Shown here piece by piece: positions 1 through 9,705 of a DNA stretch of 64,000 nucleotides (within the stretch, counting starts at the first letter, position 1; each line of letters begins with the position of its first letter). The notes beneath the pieces are model-generated. The model searched no databases, was not told where the DNA came from, and worked only from the letters and a program-made list of their open reading frames with translations. Made by a program: the position numbers and the translations under genes. This DNA is from an archaeon (lineage in GTDB: Archaea; AGJL01; Methanococci; Methanococcales; Methanocaldococcaceae), in assembly GCA_024278985.1 (NCBI GenBank), contig JAJRSC010000015.1, positions 1 through 64,000 of the forward strand. The letters run 5' to 3'.

Positions 1-59
1 TTAGGATTATATGGACATGGAGCTTTCCAACTATTTAAAAATAAAAAATCTTCTTTCAT
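1..59 (-). CDS. 5' end of a gene running off the window (MKEDFLFLNSWKAPCPYNP...)
   Basis: ATG at 59-57 with an AGGTGA RBS upstream; ATGA overlap with the preceding gene's extended stop. Confidence 0.6.
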   Translation of the reverse strand, partial: MKEDFLFLNSWKAPCPYNP

Positions 60-586
60 TGTTTCACCTTTTTTAAAAGATTAATTATTTGTAAATATCT
101 ATCCTCTATTCTTTCAATAGTTCCAATATCATACCTATGTGCTCTAATATTTCCTCCAAGGTAGTCAGGAGATATTTATATTCCATGAGAATCAATTTTT
201 AGACCTAAATCTTTACAAACCTTTTTTAATAATTTACCTTTAGGATTTACTGAAATTTTAATATTATTTGCTAATTTTTTAATACTTTTCTCTTTTTCTT
301 CTATATATTTTATAGTTTCATCTATCTTTTTTTTATCTCCAATCTCCAAATCTTTTAATAATTTAAGTGTTTCAATTAATTCCCTAAATGTTCCTGCTCT
401 GATTTCAAAGATTTCAGCATTAGGATTTAATTTTTTAACCCTATCTTTATAACCATAAGAAATAATTATAAATGAACAATCCACCTTTTCTTTATATGGA
501 TTTACAACTTTATAATTTTCTAAACCTATTAACTCAGCTATATCCTTATACATCTCACTAATCCCTATTATTCTTTTAGTTTCCAC
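56..586 (-). pseudogene. conserved hypothetical protein downstream of GAPOR, with an in-frame TAA at 176-178 (likely sequence error)
   Basis: Frame stays open after the TAA (ISPDYLGGNIRAHRYDIGTIERIEDRYLQIINLLKKVKQ*) and ends in an ATGA overlap with the next gene. Confidence 0.65.
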
Positions 587-2415
587 TCTATCCCCAACAA
601 TTCAGAGTATTTATTTAAAAACCTTTTAAGATATTCATCAACATTATTCTCATTAGCCCAATAATCTTTATTTTCTTCTTTAGCTAATCCAGCTATAATT
701 TCCTTAATTTTTTTACTCTCAATTTTTGCAGGATATATACATTTTATATTATATTCATATATATGTTTATACAGATTTATACTTTCTTTTTCATAATTAT
801 AGTCAATATTATAAATCTCTTTAATAATTTTGTTTATAACAGGTTTTAACCACTTTCTATGGAATCTACATATTGAAAGATTATCAAGTGATAGTTCAAG
901 TTTTATATTGTTATATACTAATTCAGCCAATTCTTCTGGTTCATGAAACTCAGGCATATAATATGTTAAATATCTTCCAGAAATAACTAATGGCATAAAA
1001 AATCCTGGAGACCAATAAAGATTTGGATTTATAGAAGAAAAATCTCCTAAAGCTATATAAGCAGCTAAGTCAGTAAATTTATAGTTTTTAGTCCTACTTT
1101 TAAATTTTTCATTAAGTATTTTAGCTGCTTTTCTTGTACCAAATGATAGAATTTTATATATTGAGTTATAATTATCTACTAAATGATTTAAGATTTTAAT
1201 AGCTTGTTGAGCATTATGCTTGGCCATTTCATCAATTTTATCATAATCTTGACTAATAACTATTTTATAGTCAAAAATTGGTTTTTTAATGTTTAGTTCA
1301 TGCTCATATAATAAACCTTTATCTAAACACTCAAAAATCCAACCTATTAAATTACCAATCTCAATAGAATCAAATCCTAACTTATCAACTTCTTTAACAA
1401 CCTTATCAGCTTCATGTAAATTAAATATACCTAAAAGAGTTCCATTTGCAGCATATGGTTCATAATCAACTTTATTTTTATTTCTAAATTTTTTACATAA
1501 AACAGGACATGGTTCTCCACAGTTTAGCCAACTCTTCGTTTTTATTGCTTCTTTATTAAAAACTTCTAAGTAATTCTTAAATATAACTTCAACAATTTTT
1601 TCTCTCTCATATTTTGGAATTTTTACCTGATTCCAATTAAATACTGGAACTTTATCTTTATATAGTATCCAATTATTTCCAAAGGTTCCACCTGTCTTTG
1701 TTTTATCATTATATTTATATTTTTTTGTATGTTCTTGAACAACATTTATTAATGGTTCTTTATAATACTCCTCTATAATTTCCTTGACTCTATTTTTAAT
1801 ATCTTTTTCCTCCTTTTTATCTCCAAAATATACAATTCCAGCCAAATTATGGGATTGATATAAAACTGAACCTCCTCCACCTCTTGCAGCCCAATCTTCA
1901 GAACCCTCAACTGGCTTATTATCTCTAACAGTTTGAGAAAATAAAGCTCCCATAAATGTTTTTTTACTTGCTTCTCCAACAACTATAGCCCTAAGATTTT
2001 TTTCTTTATATTTTTCAATAATATAATTGTAGATTTGATAAACAGTCCTAAAATCTTCTTCTAATGGTTCAGTATAAACTGAAGAATCATTTATGACAAG
2101 AAGAGAGGGCTTTTCAGCTTTTCCTATTATTGCAACATTGTTATATCCAGTAGTAATAAATTGATAACCTGCTCCTCCCATACTTGAAAAATAAAAACTA
2201 TCAGTTAATGGAGATTTAAAAGAAATTGTTAATCTATGTCCTCCATAAATAGGCAAACCAAGAGTACCAAAACAAAAAATGTTTCTTTCATCAATTGCAT
2301 CATATTTATATGTTTCATATTTATTATGCCAATATAAGCCCCATTCAATTGGAAAGAATCTTTTTTCAATAATTTCTGATTTACCAGTATTTAAATTAAC
2401 AAATAAATTTTTCAT
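568..2415 (-). CDS. gor: glyceraldehyde-3-phosphate:ferredoxin oxidoreductase (GAPOR, W/Mo aldehyde ferredoxin oxidoreductase family)
   Basis: SSMGGAG, EDWAARGGGG, CGEPCPVLC and VDYEPY motifs; 615 aa. Confidence 0.88.
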   Translation of the reverse strand: MKNLFVNLNTGKSEIIEKRFFPIEWGLYWHNKYETYKYDAIDERNIFCFGTLGLPIYGGHRLTISFKSPLTDSFYFSSMGGAGYQFITTGYNNVAIIGKAEKPSLLVINDSSVYTEPLEEDFRTVYQIYNYIIEKYKEKNLRAIVVGEASKKTFMGALFSQTVRDNKPVEGSEDWAARGGGGSVLYQSHNLAGIVYFGDKKEEKDIKNRVKEIIEEYYKEPLINVVQEHTKKYKYNDKTKTGGTFGNNWILYKDKVPVFNWNQVKIPKYEREKIVEVIFKNYLEVFNKEAIKTKSWLNCGEPCPVLCKKFRNKNKVDYEPYAANGTLLGIFNLHEADKVVKEVDKLGFDSIEIGNLIGWIFECLDKGLLYEHELNIKKPIFDYKIVISQDYDKIDEMAKHNAQQAIKILNHLVDNYNSIYKILSFGTRKAAKILNEKFKSRTKNYKFTDLAAYIALGDFSSINPNLYWSPGFFMPLVISGRYLTYYMPEFHEPEELAELVYNNIKLELSLDNLSICRFHRKWLKPVINKIIKEIYNIDYNYEKESINLYKHIYEYNIKCIYPAKIESKKIKEIIAGLAKEENKDYWANENNVDEYLKRFLNKYSELLGIEWKLKE

Positions 2416-2480
2416 AATTTCCCCTAAATATTTTTTATTTTCTAAATAAATATTTATAATAAGAATAATTTATATTTATA

Positions 2481-3266
2481 TTGAGTATGATAGCAATAGT
2501 TTTTGACAGTGCAGGAACATTAGTTAAAATTATTAGAATTATTAAAGATTTGGAAAAAGATAGATACTTATATAATAAACAAACTGTGGATTTAGTAGAT
2601 GAAAAAAAAGGAAGAGCTTTAATTATAATTAAAGATGACCCTCTTTTAACTGTTGATAAAGAAAATCCAAATGAGTTAATTAGTAATTTTTTAAAAAAAG
2701 TAAATATAGGAATTTCTTATTGTAATCCTCCTATAATTAGAGACAATATTTATAAAGACAAAAAAACAAAGGTTAAAGAACTCCAAGAACCATTAAATAT
2801 TATAAAAAAATATAAGAATATAGAAACAGGATATGGTAGTGCTCTTATATTTAGTACATATGAAAAGAAGGTTGATTATACTATAGCTACAGGAGGATGT
2901 TTAATAGATGGAGCAATTGAGACCATAAATAAGTTAAAAGATTTGGGAGTAAAAATATATATTGCCTCTGGAGATAGAGAGGATATGGTTAAAAAACTTG
3001 CTAATAAACTCAATGTTGAATATATAGCTGAAGCAAATCATATAGATAAAAGAAATTTAATTAAATCTCTCAAAGAAAAAGGTTATTATACTATAATGGT
3101 TGGAGATGGAGCCAACGATATTTTAGCTATGGAAGAGAGTGATTTAGCAGTAGCAACATTACAAAATGGTACAGTCTCAAAAAAGGTTTTATTAGTTGCT
3201 GATAAAATAATTTTTCATATTAAAGAAATTTTAAATATTATCAATGATTTAGAATTTTTCAATTAA
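2481..3266 (+). CDS. soluble P-type-ATPase-like HAD hydrolase (MJ0968-like)
   Basis: FDSAGT motif I, ASGD, MVGDGAND; no TM segments. Confidence 0.85.
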   Translation: MSMIAIVFDSAGTLVKIIRIIKDLEKDRYLYNKQTVDLVDEKKGRALIIIKDDPLLTVDKENPNELISNFLKKVNIGISYCNPPIIRDNIYKDKKTKVKELQEPLNIIKKYKNIETGYGSALIFSTYEKKVDYTIATGGCLIDGAIETINKLKDLGVKIYIASGDREDMVKKLANKLNVEYIAEANHIDKRNLIKSLKEKGYYTIMVGDGANDILAMEESDLAVATLQNGTVSKKVLLVADKIIFHIKEILNIINDLEFFN

Positions 3267-4337
3267 TAGGCAAGAATTACCAAATGTTTCCAATCTATAA
3301 TCATATCCCAAATTATTCAATGTTTTAGTAATTTCATCAACAGAGTAATATTTAATAAATTTAGTATTCCAACTATTGTAAAATTCAAATAATTCCTTAT
3401 TAATATCTTTATTTAAATCTGGGAAAAACTCTTCAATAATTAATAATTTTCCTCCTTTAACTAAGGAATTCATACCTTTTTTTAAGAATAATTTAATATT
3501 TGAAATATATCTTAAACAGTGACTGCATATTAAAAAGTCATATTTTTCTTTTGGAATTATTTCACAAAAATCTAAGTTTTTTAATGTATATCCATCAAAT
3601 GCTTTTCTCTTTAATCTATTTTTGGCTATTTCTATAAGACCTTTAGAAATATCTATTCCTGTATATTGTCCAGATTTTAGTAAGCTAACATAATACTCAG
3701 GTGACCTGGAGCCACATCCGGCATCTAAAATATAACTATTTTCATCAATATTTAACCACTCTGAAGATATTTCTCTACATAATTGATAATATGGGCTATT
3801 TAAAATTATATCCCAAACATCAGGGTCTTTTTTAAAATTAATTGATATTTTTGGATGGTCTTCTCTAATTAAAGCATATTTTACTAAATTTGTGGTATAA
3901 ACATATTTCATTACATAGTCGCTAATTACTTCATCTACATTTTTTAAGTTATACTCTACTTTAAAATCTTCATTTACTTCTAAATTATTATTTTCATCTA
4001 TTTTTATAATTCCAAGCTTAATAGCTGTCAAAATATATTTAATTATAAATTTTTTATTTGGATAGTTATCAAAATTAGGAAGATTATCAATTTTGGGTTT
4101 GTATTTTGCAATTGTTGGGAGTATCTCAAACTCAATTCCCTGTCTAACAAAAGTTTGTAGAAGTATATTATTTATATGTTCTATTGTTTTATCAATAAGT
4201 CTAACTTTATTTTTCAATTTTGAACTTTTTGAATATTTTTTTTGATTTTGTAGTTCCATTAAAATTTTGTTTATTAGTTCATCCTCATTTATAGTTGTAA
4301 CATTATTTAATGAATCGGTAAATTTCATTTTCACCAC
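3249..4337 (-). CDS. class I SAM-dependent methyltransferase with an N-terminal extension (earA-linked)
   Basis: ILDAGCGS motif [14 protein letters not shown]; directly downstream of the earA-like gene. Confidence 0.8.
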   Translation of the reverse strand: MVKMKFTDSLNNVTTINEDELINKILMELQNQKKYSKSSKLKNKVRLIDKTIEHINNILLQTFVRQGIEFEILPTIAKYKPKIDNLPNFDNYPNKKFIIKYILTAIKLGIIKIDENNNLEVNEDFKVEYNLKNVDEVISDYVMKYVYTTNLVKYALIREDHPKISINFKKDPDVWDIILNSPYYQLCREISSEWLNIDENSYILDAGCGSRSPEYYVSLLKSGQYTGIDISKGLIEIAKNRLKRKAFDGYTLKNLDFCEIIPKEKYDFLICSHCLRYISNIKLFLKKGMNSLVKGGKLLIIEEFFPDLNKDINKELFEFYNSWNTKFIKYYSVDEITKTLNNLGYDYRLETFGNSCLLIEKF

Positions 4338-4666
4338 CTTAAAGAATGTATATAATCACTATCTTGATCCATAAGAGTTTCAACTACTTTTTTACCATAT
4401 TCTGTTAATTTATATAATTTAATACCATTTATTTCTTTGCACTCAACTAACCCTAATTCGATTAATGAAAAATGACCATTATATCTTCCATTTAATCCTC
4501 TTAAACAACCTAATACATTACTTGGATCAGATTTTACATGTCTTGATATTTCTGATAGATATACACCATGAGGATATATTTTATACAAAAAATATAATAT
4601 TTTTTTTCTTAATTTACTTTTGTTTAATGACCTTATAATCATTGGGTCAATAAATACAATACTCAT
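4331..4666 (-). CDS. earA: EarA-type winged-helix archaellum transcriptional regulator
   Basis: [18 protein letters not shown]...[22 protein letters not shown]...SLIELGLVE signature; adjacent SAM methyltransferase as in other Euryarchaeota. Confidence 0.75.
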   Translation of the reverse strand: MSIVFIDPMIIRSLNKSKLRKKILYFLYKIYPHGVYLSEISRHVKSDPSNVLGCLRGLNGRYNGHFSLIELGLVECKEINGIKLYKLTEYGKKVVETLMDQDSDYIHSLRW

Positions 4667-4681
4667 AATATCACCAAAAAT

Positions 4682-7213
4682 TTAAACAATTGATAATATC
4701 CAACTAAATACTCCTCTTATTGTATCTAATATTTCCTCAATTATCCCCTTTTTAGGTTGTTCATTTTTAATTTCTACATCTTTACTTACAGGAGGATTAT
4801 TAATTTTCTTTTTAGGGATATTTGTCTGATTTATTATACTTTTATTTGATAGAGTTGTTGTGTTACTACTATTTATCGAGGAACCAATTTCTTTTTTAAT
4901 TATTATTTTATCTTCAGGAATTTTAATAATTTTTGACAATTTATAGTCCTTTTTTGTCCCATTTTCAATAATATAATCCTTTACACAAATATTTAGCTTT
5001 AAATAACTAATATTTTTATTTAATGGAATAATAACAGTTCTTTCAGATTTAGGTGGAAGTATAATTTTTCTTAAACTTGAATTTATATTAGTAGAGAGAT
5101 AAACAGTTTCATTTACAGGAAAATCTTTATTTTCTATAATTAATTTCACATATCCTTTATAAATTGATATATTTTTAATATAAATTGGAGAAATAACTTT
5201 AGTTATTTCTGTTGATGAGGTTGAGAGTTCTTTACCTAATAATTCAACTGCTGAATATCTTCCAATTGGGTATGCAAAGATATTTATTGGGATTGGCCTG
5301 TAACCAATACCTTGAGAAAATATCATTTCCATATCTAAATTTTTTGGAATTATTTTAGCAATAGTATATCCAGTAAAACCTTCTTTAAAGATAATTGGGA
5401 ACACTACTTCACTATAATTTTTAGCTTTTAATATTATTTCTTTTTCAGGTGTTTTATATATAAGAGAACCATTCTTATTATAAACTTCTAATAATATTTT
5501 ACAATCTAAATCCTTATTCAATTTATTTCTTATTTTAATCTTACATTTTACTGGAACTCCAGCAACTATTTCATCTGAATATATGGCATTATTATATTTT
5601 ATAGCATTTATTTTTACTAATGGAGTTTCATATTTTAAATAATCAACAACTAACGGGTATATAGCATTAAAATGTACTATATCTATATAATCCTTAGCTC
5701 CATCATTAGTAACTACTTTAATTTTTATATCTCCATTAAATTCTTTATAAAATGTTATATTCGCCTGATATGTTTTAGTTTCATGAGGTTTTATAGTAAA
5801 GTATATTTTTTTTGTATAGTTCATAACATTATTATTTTTTATATCATCAAAAATTTCAATATATCCAGATAAAGTTATATTATAAATATTTTTTAGAGTT
5901 ATATTAAATGTATATGTTTTTCCAACTAACACATATCCAAATTTGTTTCCAGGAGGAACAACATTAATATTTTTATCTACTGGAAGAGAAACATTTGTTA
6001 TTATTACAGGAGAAACTGCAATATATTTAGGGTTAATATTGAATTTTTTATTATATATTAAATCTGCTTTAATTGGTGTAATTTCAGCATATAAATTAAT
6101 ATTTTTTGGAAGTGGATATATAGGAATATAATAAATATTATCAGATGTTTTATTTAATTTAAGAATCTCTATAGAGGATTTATTACCATAATTTAAGGTT
6201 ATTTTAGCTTTTAAATCTTTATTAAAGTTATTTGTTATAGTTATTTTTAAAATTACTATTGTAGGGTCTGTTTTTAAATAATATCTTGGTAAAATATCAT
6301 CCTTTTGGAAGTATTTATCTTCTAAAGCCCTTTTTATAATATTATCATCAATCCATGAGGCGTAATAAAAATCTTTTATAAACTTTGAAGAATTTTCATC
6401 AACTTTTTTATATACTTCAATATTTTTTATTACCACAGGTAAAACAAAAGTCTTTTTTACACTTATATAATCATACCAAATACTAAAATTATCTCTTTGT
6501 AAAATAGTCTTTTCATATCCTTCAACAGAATGAGTTACATTTAATGTTTCTAAATAAGTCTCAATAATAAATTTATCATTATTTGTAATATTTATTGGTA
6601 TTTTAAAAGAGACTACTTTTTCCTCATCATATGGTATATAAACTTCTTTAGAGTCATTTTTACCATCATAAATAATTTTATTTCCTACCTTAACAACAGG
6701 CCATACTTTAACTATATAATCACTTCTTGCTAAAGGATTACTTTTTAAAGTTATATCAAACCAATTTGATAAACATACTTCTGTTTTATTATCAATAGTA
6801 TAATGGGTTTCACATGTTACATTTCTTACATCTATTGGAAAAAGAGGATTTATTTTTATAGTTTTTGATACAAGAGTTTTTCCATCCTCTACTAAAGAAA
6901 CTTTAACATTCTGAGTTTTAGTATCTTTGATAGGAACTCTTATTTCTACAATTTTCTCTTTATGAGTATTTGGTGGAAGATAAATTAATCCAGATTCCCA
7001 AGTTATACCATTGTTATCTACAATTACTTTAACATTGTGTCCATAACTATCTTTATTAACTATCCCAACATATAATATTGGCTCACTTATATCAACTTGT
7101 AATGCTGTAGGATTTGGTGGAGAATAAGGACTGTAAATTTCATAAATTTCTACATTACCCCACACATAACTTAATAATATTAAAAGACTTACAAATAATA
7201 ATATTCTTTTCAT
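4682..7213 (-). CDS. large secreted/membrane-anchored beta-rich surface protein (843 aa)
   Basis: N-terminal signal peptide, many N-x-S/T sequons, Ser/Thr/Asn-rich linker, C-terminal amphipathic/hydrophobic tail. Confidence 0.75.
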   Translation of the reverse strand: MKRILLFVSLLILLSYVWGNVEIYEIYSPYSPPNPTALQVDISEPILYVGIVNKDSYGHNVKVIVDNNGITWESGLIYLPPNTHKEKIVEIRVPIKDTKTQNVKVSLVEDGKTLVSKTIKINPLFPIDVRNVTCETHYTIDNKTEVCLSNWFDITLKSNPLARSDYIVKVWPVVKVGNKIIYDGKNDSKEVYIPYDEEKVVSFKIPINITNNDKFIIETYLETLNVTHSVEGYEKTILQRDNFSIWYDYISVKKTFVLPVVIKNIEVYKKVDENSSKFIKDFYYASWIDDNIIKRALEDKYFQKDDILPRYYLKTDPTIVILKITITNNFNKDLKAKITLNYGNKSSIEILKLNKTSDNIYYIPIYPLPKNINLYAEITPIKADLIYNKKFNINPKYIAVSPVIITNVSLPVDKNINVVPPGNKFGYVLVGKTYTFNITLKNIYNITLSGYIEIFDDIKNNNVMNYTKKIYFTIKPHETKTYQANITFYKEFNGDIKIKVVTNDGAKDYIDIVHFNAIYPLVVDYLKYETPLVKINAIKYNNAIYSDEIVAGVPVKCKIKIRNKLNKDLDCKILLEVYNKNGSLIYKTPEKEIILKAKNYSEVVFPIIFKEGFTGYTIAKIIPKNLDMEMIFSQGIGYRPIPINIFAYPIGRYSAVELLGKELSTSSTEITKVISPIYIKNISIYKGYVKLIIENKDFPVNETVYLSTNINSSLRKIILPPKSERTVIIPLNKNISYLKLNICVKDYIIENGTKKDYKLSKIIKIPEDKIIIKKEIGSSINSSNTTTLSNKSIINQTNIPKKKINNPPVSKDVEIKNEQPKKGIIEEILDTIRGVFSWILSIV

Positions 7214-7395
7214 TTAGTCCTCACCACAACTATATTTTTAAATGTTAAATACTAATTAATAATTATTTTATTTTTTACTTTTTTATTTATTTTTTGTTTA
7301 ATATTTTGATTAAATATTTTTCACATAATATATAAAATCATAGATTATATTATTTATATAAACAAATATTTAAATATATAATATTATATAAAAAT

Positions 7396-7587
7396 TTAAG
7401 ATAATACTGACATTTCATTTTTTAAGTTATTTGCAGTTGTATTTATAGCTTCAACTCCTGTATCTTTTACATTAATAGCTGATTTTATTAAATAATAACT
7501 AACAATAATTGAGGATAAAATAGTTACAAAAACAAGTAATGAAAATTCTAAAGATATCTGTACTCTTAAAGAGATTATTTTTTTCAT
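7396..7587 (-). CDS. small type IV pilin-like protein, class III signal peptide (EpdE/MMP1685-like size)
   Basis: R-V-QISLEF followed by a hydrophobic helix; Q+1 and E+5 typical of EppA substrates; the -1 residue is Val rather than Gly. Confidence 0.75.
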   Translation of the reverse strand: MKKIISLRVQISLEFSLLVFVTILSSIIVSYYLIKSAINVKDTGVEAINTTANNLKNEMSVLS

Positions 7588-7956
7588 AAATCTAAACCCT
7601 AAAGTTATTTTACTTAAAAATTTTCTATTTATTATTCATTATTAACTCTAAAACTATAAATAACTTATCATTTTTTATAAATTTAACTTTAGTACCTATT
7701 TTAAACTTTAATCAAATTATAAAAATATCTATAATTAACAAAAATTGGCTAAGATAGATTAATTATCTTATTTATAAACATTAATATTTTTACTATTAAA
7801 TTTATTCAATATATTACCGTATCAAATTTTAGTCCTATTGTGTGCTACCAAACTTAAAATAGTCCTTTCAATTTTCTATTAAGATTTAGTATAAAAAAGC
7901 ATTAAATTACTATCGGACTAAATTAAAAAAGCTCAATTTAATCATTATATAAAAAA

Positions 7957-8041
7957 CGCGGGGGCCGGGATTTGAACCCGGGTAGGGCGAAGCCCAACGG
8001 GATTAGCAGTCCCGCGCCGTACCAGGCTGGGCCACCCCCGC
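7957..8041 (-). tRNA. tRNA-Ser(GCT)
   Basis: Acceptor stem GCGGGGG/CCCCCGC, anticodon loop CT-GCT-AA, long variable arm, GGTTCAAATCC T-arm, G discriminator, no encoded CCA. Confidence 0.95.
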
Positions 8042-8118
8042 ATATAAATAAGAGTAAAATTTTTATTTATCATAAAAATATAAAAAGTTTTCTAAAATAA
8101 AAAGATTTTTATATTTAT

Positions 8119-8373
8119 TTATAATCTTTTTTTTATGGCTTCAATTAATGCCTCTTTTGTAGGAGCTCCAATAAATTCAATCTCTCCATTAATAACTATT
8201 GTAGGAACTGCCATGATTCCATATTCCATAGCTTTCTGAGGATTCTCCATAACATTTATATATTCAACTTCAACATCTGGAAACTCTTTAATAACTTCCT
8301 CAACCACTCTTTTAGCAGCAGGACAATGAGGGCACATTGGTGAAGTAAATAATTCTATTTTTACTTTAGACAT
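8119..8373 (-). CDS. trx: thioredoxin/glutaredoxin-like protein (MJ0307-like Trx1)
   Basis: MSKVKIELFTSPMCPHCP active site and cis-Pro VPT; GAGGTG RBS supports the start at 8373. Confidence 0.9.
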   Translation of the reverse strand: MSKVKIELFTSPMCPHCPAAKRVVEEVIKEFPDVEVEYINVMENPQKAMEYGIMAVPTIVINGEIEFIGAPTKEALIEAIKKRL

Positions 8374-8546
8374 TATAAATACACCTCTATCATTTATATA
8401 CAAGTCTATGATATTTTATTAAATAATAAATTTTGCTATTATAAATATTAATGTAACATATTAGGAGTTATAATATACTTGTTATTATTTATAGTGTTAA
8501 TGTTATAATTTTTCTATTTATTATAAAAATTAAAAAAGGGTGTATT

Positions 8547-8819
8547 ATGGTTAATAAGGAAGATATTTTAAATGCTTTAAAAAAAGTAGCTGACCCTCAT
8601 ATGGGTATAAGTATAGTAGATATGGGATTAATAAAAGATATTCAAATAGATAATGATAAAGTAAAGGTAATTATAACTCCAACAAATCCTGTATGTCCAA
8701 GTATTATTAATATTGCTATGCAGGCAAAAGAAGTAATTAAAAATGTTGATGGAGTTAAAGAGGTTAGTGTTAAAGTAGAAGGACATATAATGGAAGAGGA
8801 AATAAACAAAATGTTATAA
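8547..8819 (+). CDS. DUF59/SufT-like metal-sulfur cluster assembly protein
   Basis: V.DP...ISIVDMGLI and T...CP motifs. Confidence 0.88.
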   Translation: MVNKEDILNALKKVADPHMGISIVDMGLIKDIQIDNDKVKVIITPTNPVCPSIINIAMQAKEVIKNVDGVKEVSVKVEGHIMEEEINKML

Positions 8820-9376
8820 TTCCTTTATTTCTTCTACTTTAAAATAACAGGCATCAGCACCTTTAGCCATACAATCAATCTCATCAACTACAAACTTTTT
8901 ATTGTATATATTTTCTAAAACTCCAGCTAAAAGTCCAGCATCAAAATAACATATTCTACTATCCATATCCAATCCATCACAAAATGCACAATCTTCAACT
9001 TTTATAATAAGAGGTCTTTTTTTAACAATTTTTAAATTTCCTAAATTGTTCTTTTTAAAAAATTTTTTTAAGTCAGAAATATTCTTAATGTTTAATATAT
9101 TTTTTCCAAATTCATAACCTATATCATATAAACTTATTACAGAGCCATTATCATTAAGTTTTTTTATGGTTATTATAACCAACATTTTAAATAAATCTAC
9201 AGGTATTTTTTTGGTGTTCTTTTATTATCTTCAAAAGTTAAATTTTCTTTATCATATTTTTTCTTTAAATGTTGGACAACATTATAAACAAGTTTTTCAT
9301 CATTTGGAGGACTTTTTTTTTCTTCATATATCTTTGATAATGTGTTTAAGCTATCTATTGTTAAATATACTTTCAT
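8814..9376 (-). pseudogene. V4R-domain protein, split by a 1-bp deletion in an A-run near 9206-9212
   Basis: Adding one A joins ...RTPKK to IPVDLFKMLV...; V4R motifs C..C, C..DAG.LAG, E..C...G...C.F; GGTGGT RBS before ATG 9376. Confidence 0.75.
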
Positions 9377-9705
9377 ATGTACCACCAATATATTCAAATA
9401 TTTTATTTACATTATTAAATTTATTAATTACTTTTTTAATTATTTTTCTTTATTTTATAGATATTCATACGAAATTATAACTAAAAACTAAGTATTAAGT
9501 CCTAAATTCGTCAAGAATTTTAAATTCTAAAAATTAAAATAATTAGCTCTTTTTATTATAAAAGCTTTATATAGTCATATTTCCTAAAAAAGCACCTTAT
9601 TTTTATATCTTTTACTAAAAAACAGATAGAATAATTTATATTAGATGAGATAATAATTAATAATGACCAATAATTTTCGAAAAATTTGAATATTTGGTGA
9701 ATTAA

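Noticed and set aside
7590-7950. Long intergenic region with short TAGTCC/GGACTA motifs
   Set aside because: Matches are only 7-8 bp in AT-rich DNA; no ORF, att site or structure can be supported
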